A DNA stretch of 64,000 nt from Candidatus Cloacimonadota bacterium (GTDB lineage: Bacteria; Cloacimonadota; Cloacimonadia; G963667145). Positions 9,955 to 17,433 of the stretch are shown piece after piece. Location of the stretch: assembly GCA_963667255.1 (NCBI GenBank), contig OY762940.1, forward strand, positions 1,216,001-1,280,000, read 5' to 3'. The translations under genes and the position numbers were made by a program. Each line of letters opens with the position of its first letter. The stretch's first letter is position 1. Under the pieces are notes generated by a model. It did not search any database, was not told the origin of the DNA, and worked only from the letters and a program-made list of their open reading frames with translations.

Positions 9955-12072
9955 TTAATCAATATTTTCTATTGGCCAATATTCTTTTGGAATGAATGAT
10001 AATTGCACATCCTCAATTGGCTTTTGCCAAAATGCAATTGTTTTCCTTAAGGCATATGCATAATATATTTCGCATTTTGTCGATTCCCCTATATATCCAT
10101 TATTATATTTATTACATATAAAAAGGACATCACAATCATCTATTGCTGTTAAGTGTTCATACTCTGTGTCGGGAGAAATATCTTTTTTTAACTTTCCCTT
10201 TCGATCAAATTTTGGGCTTAATACCTTAACATCTTTCATTTCTTCCATTTTTTTACTGGCTTTATACAAGTATTTAGTTCCTTTATCATGAGTAGTCCCA
10301 CTAATTACAATATTAAAAACATACGCATTTATATTTGCACTAATAGTTAAATCGTCTTTCGGAATTACTATCTTATTATTTAGCTTATCAAGAATAGTTT
10401 CAATAATTATATGTCCAAATTTGAAGCCATGTAGTCTTTTCACCATTGTTTCATCGTCATACTCTTTTTTTAAGGACTCTAAATAATTTGCAGAAAATAA
10501 CGCTTCTCTATTATGAATTTTATATTCATCTTGAGAAAGACATTGCTCATTTGCATTTTGCTTTAGTCGATATCCCATTTCATTCATAAATTTCAATTCA
10601 CCCTTTAGTATAATCGCTTGATTAATCTTTACTCCATCTAGCGATGATTCTATTTTATTTTCTATAAATTTCTTTATTTTATTAATTGAGTTATCATCCC
10701 ATACTTCCGATGCAATATTAGTGGATACATAAGTTTGAACATCTTTTATCGTTACTAATAAATTGTACTCATGATATTCTTTTCCAGAATAATATAAAAT
10801 ATCTGTGCAATGAGAACCTATATTAATTATTGCCGTCCCATCACTTAAATTTCCAAACAAACGATCAATGTTTTCAGTTGTTTTCTCTTTAGAGATAATA
10901 TTAAAATACAGATTTGTTTCTTTATAGAATTTCCGGATAACATCTTTTAACTTTTTAGGCTCATTTTCGTTAAATATTTCCCCAAATCTATAATCTACGA
11001 AAACTTTTCTCAGCATTTGAGAATCATTTTTATGTACTTTCTCTGATTGTAATAAGGATTTTACGCAAGCTATAATTTCATCGAGATGAAAATTGTCTTT
11101 AAAAACATCACAGTTATAGCTTATCATCTCAAGTTCCTTAGAATTATCTTTGTCTATAATTTCAAAAAGACGACATGATGTTGTTCCAATGTTTATAAAG
11201 TAACCTAATGGTCCAGCTACTTTTTTAGGTTTTTTATTCATATTATTTTGTTGTTTTTTTTTTTGCGTAATGCTTCCTGTTGATATGTTTCTTTTTTTGG
11301 GCAATTTATCAAATGCATTTTTTTTTAAAAACACGTGTTCTAATAATGATACAGCTGCCTTTGAAGCCATAATTTGATTTTTTTCTTTGTTCGGATTTTC
11401 TTTATTTACTCCCCAATCACAAATCGCTTTTACAATTATCCATTCGTCCATTCTTGCTTTTTTGCATGCAGCATAAGCCCCACGTCCTTCCATTTCTCCA
11501 CCAATTGCACGTGGTGCATCCTTAAAAAGTTTTTTCTTGTAGACAAGATCATCTACAACTTTATTTCCTGATAGAATCATTCCAAATTCACATTTTAATT
11601 TTCTTGAGCCACTATAGTTCTCCCATGTTTTTGAGTAATTCTTAAAAACTGATAATAATGTTTCTCCTGCCTCTGCTCTTACTCCATCAGATAGGAATTT
11701 TCCATTTGTTATTTTACCACTTTCACAATCTACCATAATTTCTGATATTAAAACATCTCCAATATGTTGCTTAGGGTTTTTTTCATTTCCGTTCTCTTTA
11801 CCAAATGCAATTCCAAGCAAAATTACAGCATCTGGTTCCCACCCTTTAATAGCCGCATTAATTGAAAATAATGCAGCTCCTGTTTTTGCTGTTCCTTTAT
11901 TTTGCAATTCAAAATGAATTATATCATAATTCCCTATTTCCCCAACATTATAAAAATTGTTATCATCGGTGGCTTTAGCCCGCTGATTCTTTTCGTAATT
12001 AAAATTTTTACAATTTAGTAATGCATTTGTTTCATGATTGTTCGCCGTTACAAGTAGAAATCGTTTCTTCAT
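9955..12072 (-). CDS. Tri-domain protein: PNP/MTA-SAH nucleosidase + degenerate Ppx/GppA-like ASKHA domain + NDT-like domain
   Basis: PNP_UDP_1 motifs LVTANNHE, GIAFG, IGDVLIS, ILSGNKVVD, GGEMEG, IVKAICDWG. Middle and C-terminal parts align by eye with the 8634-9917 protein. Start placed at ATG 12072, which has a GAGGAG SD. Confidence 0.78.
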   Translation of the reverse strand: MKKRFLLVTANNHETNALLNCKNFNYEKNQRAKATDDNNFYNVGEIGNYDIIHFELQNKGTAKTGAALFSINAAIKGWEPDAVILLGIAFGKENGNEKNPKQHIGDVLISEIMVDCESGKITNGKFLSDGVRAEAGETLLSVFKNYSKTWENYSGSRKLKCEFGMILSGNKVVDDLVYKKKLFKDAPRAIGGEMEGRGAYAACKKARMDEWIIVKAICDWGVNKENPNKEKNQIMASKAAVSLLEHVFLKKNAFDKLPKKRNISTGSITQKKKQQNNMNKKPKKVAGPLGYFINIGTTSCRLFEIIDKDNSKELEMISYNCDVFKDNFHLDEIIACVKSLLQSEKVHKNDSQMLRKVFVDYRFGEIFNENEPKKLKDVIRKFYKETNLYFNIISKEKTTENIDRLFGNLSDGTAIINIGSHCTDILYYSGKEYHEYNLLVTIKDVQTYVSTNIASEVWDDNSINKIKKFIENKIESSLDGVKINQAIILKGELKFMNEMGYRLKQNANEQCLSQDEYKIHNREALFSANYLESLKKEYDDETMVKRLHGFKFGHIIIETILDKLNNKIVIPKDDLTISANINAYVFNIVISGTTHDKGTKYLYKASKKMEEMKDVKVLSPKFDRKGKLKKDISPDTEYEHLTAIDDCDVLFICNKYNNGYIGESTKCEIYYAYALRKTIAFWQKPIEDVQLSFIPKEYWPIENID

Positions 12073-12276
12073 AAGCCATTCTCCTCTCAAAATATAGTAC
12101 CTGTCTATTTAATTTCAAATTAAAATATTTTGCATTTATGTTGTTTTGTTTTTTAATATTTATCTTAATTTCCCTTCCAAATTGTACACAACATTTAAAT
12201 AACCTCAACTGTGTTTATTTATCCAAATTGGGAGGGATAAACACAATTGCCTTTATTTTCCTTTATATTTTTATTC

Positions 12277-12306
12277 ACAATAAAAAAGTTAAGTTTTCTT
12301 TGTCAA
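12277..12306 (-). promoter_or_regulatory. Putative sigma70 promoter reading into the islet
   Basis: TTGACA (12301-12306, minus strand) followed after 18 nt by TATTGT. Confidence 0.45.
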
Positions 12307-12376
12307 CTCATATTTCCTTGACTGATTTTTCCTTTTAATCTTCTTAAAATCACTATCTAAATCAAGGAAAATTTAA

Positions 12377-12916
12377 ATGAATTGTATAGAAATTGCCCTT
12401 AAACACATTCGCCAAGATTTGTGGGATTCGTATTTTGTTCATTCTGTTTTGGTTACGCAGATGTCTTTGGAGATTGCGGAGAATTTGAATTTGGACGAAG
12501 CAATCAAACAGTTTATCCGAGAAGCTGCTATGCTCCACGATATAGGTATCGGAGAAGTGAGTATGGACAAGAAAAATCCGCAAAACAAGCCACCATACAT
12601 CACTCACGGACTCGTTGGTTTTCGGATTTTGAGCGAATTGGGCTACCCCAAGCACGCACTCGTCTGTCGCAATCACATCGGTGTAGGGCTTACCAAGGAG
12701 ATTATCTTGCGGAACGGATTTCCTTTGCCTGCTGAGGATATGACACCATCTACCTTACCTGAAGAGATAATCACTTATGCGGACTTGTTTTTTAGCAAAA
12801 GCAATCCTTTCAAAAAGAGGAGTTTTGCCGAGGTTGTGAAGAAAATAGAAACCTACGGGCAAGAGCAATTAGACAAATTTCATCAACTGCATAAAAAATT
12901 TTCTTCGCTCAAATAA
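12377..12916 (+). CDS. HD-domain (HDIG) metal-dependent phosphohydrolase
   Basis: HS..V, AMLHDIG, HGLVG, CRNHIGVG, EEIITYADLFFSK. Confidence 0.9.
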   Translation: MNCIEIALKHIRQDLWDSYFVHSVLVTQMSLEIAENLNLDEAIKQFIREAAMLHDIGIGEVSMDKKNPQNKPPYITHGLVGFRILSELGYPKHALVCRNHIGVGLTKEIILRNGFPLPAEDMTPSTLPEEIITYADLFFSKSNPFKKRSFAEVVKKIETYGQEQLDKFHQLHKKFSSLK

Positions 12917-12948
12917 AAAAGGCTTTCTCATCTTTCGATAAAAAAGCC
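12916..12948. terminator. Probable terminator hairpin between the convergent HD gene and fusA
   Basis: AGGCTTT...AAAGCCT inverted repeat preceded by an A-tract (T-tract on the minus strand). Confidence 0.6.
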
Positions 12949-12968
12949 TAAACTATTTTAAAAGCTAA

Positions 12969-15047
12969 TTACTTTTTAGCCTCTTTGTTTTTTTGGATTT
13001 CAGCCAAAATGTCATCTTCCAAGTTTCTCGGCACTCTCTCGTAACGGTCAAACTCGATAGAAAGCTCGGCTTTACCTTGGGTGTTAGACCTCAGAGCAGT
13101 TCCGTATCCGAAGATTTCTGACAAAGGAATCTCGCCAACTACGATGGCAAGGTGCTCCTCGTCTCTTGTCTCCAACACGGTTCCTCTTCTTTGGTTGATA
13201 CTTGTCAGCACCGCACCGCGAAATTCGATAGGAACATCGATGGAAACTTTCATCATCGGCTCAAGGATAGCAGGAACAGCTTTCTTGTAATTCTCTCTGA
13301 TGGCAGATTTTGTGGCAAGCTCAAAAGCAAGTTGTGAAGAGTCAACCGGATGGAAATCACCATCGTTGATGATCATCTTGATGCCAACAGCAGGGAAACC
13401 TGTGTAGTAGCCTTCTTCCATCATTGCATTAAACCCTTTTTCACAGCCTGGGAAATAGTTGGATGGAATAGCACCACCTTTGATATCTGTCTCGAAAACA
13501 TTGTCATCGCTACCACTTGGCGAGATAATTCCCATAATTTTAGCGTATTGACCGCGTCCACCAGATTGTTTTTTGTGGATGTATTCAAAAGGAATTTCTT
13601 TGGTAATGGTCTCACGATAAGCAACTTGAGGCTTGCCCACTTCCAATTCCACGCCATATTCTCGCTTCATTCTCTCGATGTAAACATCCAAGTGAAGCTC
13701 GCCAATGCCTTGGATAATCGTCTCGGAAGTCTCTTCGTCAAGGTAAGATTTGAAAGTCAAATCCTCTTTGGTAAACCTGTTCAAAGCCTTTGCCATATTG
13801 GTTTGAGACTTGTTGTCTTTTGGCTTGATAGACAAAGAGATAATCGGCTCAGGGATGTGAGAGGCACGCAATCTGTAGTGAATGCTTGGGTCGGTAAAGG
13901 TGTCGCCCAGTGCACAATCAACCCCGAAAATAGCACCGATATCGCCGGCTTTGAGCTCGTTCAACTCTATCATCTCGTCAGCGTGCATTTTGGCAAGTCG
14001 TCCGACTTTCACTTTTTTTCTGGTTCTGTTGTTGATAATCTCGTCGCCTTTTTTGATAGCACCTTGATACAGTCTGATGTAAGTCAGCTGACCGTATTGT
14101 TGGTTTTCCAATTTGAAAGCGTAAGCGACAGTAGGGTCGGACTCGTTCATACTTAACACAACGGTAGCATCATCGTTGTTCACATCGAAACCTTCGTTGC
14201 AGATTTCCGTAGGGTTTGGCAAATAACTTGTGATAGCCTCAAGAAGTGGTTGCACACCTTTGTTTTTGAAAGCGGAACCCATGAAAACAGGAGTAATCTT
14301 ATCGTTGATAACACCAAATCTAACGACTTTTTTTATCAGCTCGGGAGTTTCCGTCCCTTCCAATATGGCTTCTGCCAAATCGTCGTCCAACATGGAAAGT
14401 TCATCCAACATTTTTTCGCGATACTCTGCAGCTTGGTCAGCCAAGTCACTGGGGATATCTTCGTAGCGGATTTTTTCACCGTTTTCACCGTCAAAATATG
14501 TTGCTTTCATTTTTATCAAATCAACAATACCTTTGAAGTCATCTTCTTTGCCGATAGGGATTTGCATCATTATGGCGTTTCTTCCCAATTTTTCGCGTAA
14601 CATCTCTGTCACACGGAAAGGATTTGCTCCGATTCTGTCTAATTTATTGATAAAAGCTATATTTGGCACATTGTTGCGGGACAATTGTCTATCCACAGTA
14701 AAAGACTGAGATTGCACTCCACCAACTCCGCAAAGCACTAAGATAGCACCGTCCAAAACCCTAAGAGCGTTTTCCACCTCCACGGTAAAGTCCACATGCC
14801 CGGGTGTATCGATAATATTGATGTCGGTCTCTCCCCAACTGACATAGGTAGCCGCAGAAGCTATCGTAATTCCTCTCTCTCTCTCCAACTCCATTGAGTC
14901 CATTTTTGCTCCGACGCCGTCTTTGCCCTTAACCTCCGAGATTTTGTGTATCTTATTGCAATAGAACAAGATTCTTTCGGTAAGGGTAGTTTTGCCGGAA
15001 TCAATGTGAGCACTAATACCAATATTTCTAGTTTTTTCTAAGTTCAT
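12969..15047 (-). CDS. fusA: Elongation factor G (stand-alone copy)
   Basis: [43 protein letters not shown]. Confidence 0.97.
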   Translation of the reverse strand: MNLEKTRNIGISAHIDSGKTTLTERILFYCNKIHKISEVKGKDGVGAKMDSMELERERGITIASAATYVSWGETDINIIDTPGHVDFTVEVENALRVLDGAILVLCGVGGVQSQSFTVDRQLSRNNVPNIAFINKLDRIGANPFRVTEMLREKLGRNAIMMQIPIGKEDDFKGIVDLIKMKATYFDGENGEKIRYEDIPSDLADQAAEYREKMLDELSMLDDDLAEAILEGTETPELIKKVVRFGVINDKITPVFMGSAFKNKGVQPLLEAITSYLPNPTEICNEGFDVNNDDATVVLSMNESDPTVAYAFKLENQQYGQLTYIRLYQGAIKKGDEIINNRTRKKVKVGRLAKMHADEMIELNELKAGDIGAIFGVDCALGDTFTDPSIHYRLRASHIPEPIISLSIKPKDNKSQTNMAKALNRFTKEDLTFKSYLDEETSETIIQGIGELHLDVYIERMKREYGVELEVGKPQVAYRETITKEIPFEYIHKKQSGGRGQYAKIMGIISPSGSDDNVFETDIKGGAIPSNYFPGCEKGFNAMMEEGYYTGFPAVGIKMIINDGDFHPVDSSQLAFELATKSAIRENYKKAVPAILEPMMKVSIDVPIEFRGAVLTSINQRRGTVLETRDEEHLAIVVGEIPLSEIFGYGTALRSNTQGKAELSIEFDRYERVPRNLEDDILAEIQKNKEAKK

Positions 15048-15084
15048 ATAGCTTTTCCTTTTTGATTATCCATTATGTTGACAC

Positions 15085-15112
15085 AACTTTTTTTTGAGGT
15101 CTTAAAAGTCAA
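15085..15112 (-). promoter_or_regulatory. Putative fusA promoter TTGACT-N16-AAAGTT
   Basis: The same spacing and hexamer recur at three other operon heads in this window. Confidence 0.55.
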
Positions 15113-15142
15113 GAGAAATTGCCGACTAATTTGACAGCGATT

Positions 15143-15988
15143 TTATTGATTAACAGTCCTTTTGGCAGTAAAAGGTGTGGCAAATTTCAACGCTCCGGTC
15201 GGGCAACTTTTTACGCAATCCCCACACCTTATACATTCAAAGTTTTTTTGATTTTCCCTTATGTCGATGTCCATTTTGCAAACGCTTTCGCATTTATGAC
15301 AGTCTATACACTTGCTTTGTGAAAAATCAATTTGCAGAAAGGAGATTTTGTTGGTCAAAGCATATAGAGCTCCCAGCGGACAAACGGTTTTGCAAAAAAA
15401 TCGGTAATATCTGATGCTGAGCAACGAGAACATAACTAAGAGCGACACCTTGAAATAAAACAGCACACCGATTAATCTTTGCAGATTAGGGATTAGAAAC
15501 AACAGTGGAATGCCGGCTTCCAGAGTGCCTGCGGGGCAAATGTATTTGCAAAATGTTGGATTGCTGAGCCCAAACTCGTCTTGCCAAAAAATTGGTAGAA
15601 TGATAACAAAAATCAGCAAAATCAAATATTTGAAATAAGACAGTTTTTTGTTGAGCTTACTCTTAGCAGAGGGTATTTTATACAGCAAATCCTGATATAG
15701 CCCAAACGGGCAAACCCATCCACAAATTGCTCTTCCCAAGATGCCGCCAAAAAGCAGAATAAAACCCGAAGCATAAAAACTGAAACTGTATTTAAAGTTG
15801 GTGACAACCGATTGAAAAGCTCCGATTGGACAAGAGCCGGTAGCAGCAGGACAACTATAACAATTAAGCCCGGGAACGCACACTTTTTTGAAAGAGCCTT
15901 TATAGATAAGCTTGGTAAAAAATCCTTTCAGATGCAAATTTTGCAAGAGAGCAAAGAAAATTTGAACAACCGTTCTTCTATCCGACAC
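15143..15988 (-). CDS. Membrane 4Fe-4S binding protein (polyferredoxin, NapH/NosR-like)
   Basis: CVPGLNCYSCP, CGWVCPFG, FCKYICPAG, two CxxCxxCxxxC ferredoxin motifs, several TMs. Confidence 0.88.
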   Translation of the reverse strand: MSDRRTVVQIFFALLQNLHLKGFFTKLIYKGSFKKVCVPGLNCYSCPAATGSCPIGAFQSVVTNFKYSFSFYASGFILLFGGILGRAICGWVCPFGLYQDLLYKIPSAKSKLNKKLSYFKYLILLIFVIILPIFWQDEFGLSNPTFCKYICPAGTLEAGIPLLFLIPNLQRLIGVLFYFKVSLLVMFSLLSIRYYRFFCKTVCPLGALYALTNKISFLQIDFSQSKCIDCHKCESVCKMDIDIRENQKNFECIRCGDCVKSCPTGALKFATPFTAKRTVNQ

Positions 15989-16106
15989 CGATGCACTCCA
16001 AGCAGATATTGATTGCCTTCAAAAATACAGAGAGATGTTCAAGCCTGTAGAAACCGAAAACAACGAAGAGAAGAGCAATCAGAAGAAACAGAAAACCTCT
16101 TTTCAT
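15978..16106 (-). CDS. Small membrane CxxC peptide (CD1871A-family-like), 42 aa
   Basis: Hand translation MKRGFLFLLIALLFVVFGFYRLEHLSVFLKAINICLECIGVG*; sits between the TlpA and 4Fe-4S genes; absent from the ORF track. Confidence 0.85.
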   Translation of the reverse strand: MKRGFLFLLIALLFVVFGFYRLEHLSVFLKAINICLECIGVG

Positions 16107-16109
16107 TAT

Positions 16110-17096
16110 CTATTTTAAAAGTTTCTCTATGTTTCTTTTGTATCCTTCGACATCCGCTCCAACAATTATCTCTCCTACAACAACGCTGTTTCTATTTACA
16201 AAAAAAGTGGTAGGGACAGCAGAAATAAATCTCAAAACTTTATCGTTCATGCCACTGTTCGGGACAAGGTTAGTGAAGTCAATCTTGAGCTTCTTCACCA
16301 TTGATATAGCGGTTTCTTCGTTATTGTTGGCATCGATTACTATTCCCACGATAGCAAAATCTTCATATTCGTCGTTTAGCTCGATTAGCTCCGGCATCTC
16401 TTTTATACACGGATTGCAATAAGTCCCCCAAACATTTACCATAGTGATTTTGTTTTGTTTGAACAAATCCAAGGAGTTTACCGCATTTCCCTCTAAATCT
16501 TCAGCCTGAAAATCTATTTTGCCACTGAGAGAATTAGCTGGGTTTCCAGGTTGCTCGGGATTTTTCGGAGTAAATGTTTTCACAGACTTTCTTATTTTAT
16601 CAAAAATCGAAAAATATTGTTTGTATTTTTCTCCGTAATTTTCGTCTATCCCTTGGGAATTATCGGCTTTGCAAAAGAGGATATTGTATTTTTCGTTTTT
16701 TCCAATTTTTTTCAATTTGTCCCAGTTTTCAGTCTTCAAATTTTCAAATTGCGAAGAGCTATTTTCACAAACAACAATTCTACTCAAACTATAGGATTCC
16801 GCCAAAATCTGAGGTAGTGTTTCAAGACTTAACTTGTTGTCTTTCGCTAGATTTTCTCTTATTTTTTTGGCATCGTCTGGCATAAAATAGAAAGCAATCT
16901 CAAAATAATCGCCGTTGTTATCCGATTTCTGAATGGGAACGATGATGATATCTTGTGCTTTGTTCCACTCTTCGGGAATCTCAAAACTAAACCCCATGAC
17001 ATCAACGGGAATTTTGGTCATTTTGATATTGTCCGCTTTTGAGCTACAGCCCAACAAAAAAAGTAAAAATATCGAGAAGATTCTTAAAAATTTCAT
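16110..17096 (-). CDS. TlpA-family thiol:disulfide oxidoreductase lipoprotein with an extra N-terminal domain
   Basis: Lipobox LLGC; VNVWGTYCNPCIKEMP; cis-Pro AVPTTFFV. Confidence 0.87.
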   Translation of the reverse strand: MKFLRIFSIFLLFLLGCSSKADNIKMTKIPVDVMGFSFEIPEEWNKAQDIIIVPIQKSDNNGDYFEIAFYFMPDDAKKIRENLAKDNKLSLETLPQILAESYSLSRIVVCENSSSQFENLKTENWDKLKKIGKNEKYNILFCKADNSQGIDENYGEKYKQYFSIFDKIRKSVKTFTPKNPEQPGNPANSLSGKIDFQAEDLEGNAVNSLDLFKQNKITMVNVWGTYCNPCIKEMPELIELNDEYEDFAIVGIVIDANNNEETAISMVKKLKIDFTNLVPNSGMNDKVLRFISAVPTTFFVNRNSVVVGEIIVGADVEGYKRNIEKLLK

Positions 17097-17118
17097 AACA
17101 CCTCTTTTAAATAAAAAT

Positions 17119-17433
17119 TTACATCAACCCAGGGATGTTCATTCCGCCGGTAATTGCCGACATGCTTTCCTGCGATTTCGCTTCGATTTGCGATTTGGCA
17201 TCATTTATAGCCGTGATTATCATATCTTGCAACATCTCCACATCGCTGGGGTCTACAGCCTCAGGGTCTATTTTTAGCCCTGTAATGTCAAAACTTCCGT
17301 TCATGGAAACCTCTATCATTCCGCCACCGCTGGTAGCAGTAACAACGGTATTCTTGGTTTCCTCTTGAGCTTTCAAAAGTTCTCGTTGCATTTTTTGAGC
17401 TTGTTTCAGCATCTTATTTATGTTCTTATTCAT
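17119..17433 (-). CDS. ybaB: YbaB/EbfC nucleoid-associated protein
   Basis: KQAQKMQ, SGGGMIEV, IDPEAVDPSDVEMLQDMIITAINDA. Confidence 0.95.
   Translation of the reverse strand: MNKNINKMLKQAQKMQRELLKAQEETKNTVVTATSGGGMIEVSMNGSFDITGLKIDPEAVDPSDVEMLQDMIITAINDAKSQIEAKSQESMSAITGGMNIPGLM

Larger units (their letters stand above)
8601..12192 (-). mobile_element. Low-GC horizontally acquired two-gene islet (cassette-like)
   Basis: Hand count: 16/60 G+C at 9601-9660 versus 27/60 at 8281-8340. Accessory gene content. Imperfect inverted ends GTTGTATGTAGTT (8601-8613) and AATTGTACACAAC (12180-12192). No integrase or transposase present. Confidence 0.6.

Noticed and set aside
8634..12072. Calling the islet a known system (CBASS, Detocs, retron, Thoeris, Avs)
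   Set aside because: No CD-NTase, histidine kinase/receiver, reverse transcriptase, recognisable TIR/SIR2 or STAND NTPase is encoded in or beside it; only effector-type domains are shared.
12377..12916. HD phosphohydrolase as a third component of the islet system
   Set aside because: It is divergently transcribed, has host-like GC, lies outside the putative ends and belongs to a common family. A functional link cannot be fully excluded without co-occurrence data.
13350..14156. Long antisense ORFs (also 35802-36629, 47251-47988, 50681-51403, 53524-54177 and others)
   Set aside because: They are shadow frames opposite well-conserved genes (fusA, TPR/rdgB, oadA, groL, ilvE) and carry no recognisable motifs.
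15056..15083. dif-like site (TTATGTTGACA)
   Set aside because: Only a partial XerD-arm match with no XerC arm; it lies in the fusA promoter/leader.
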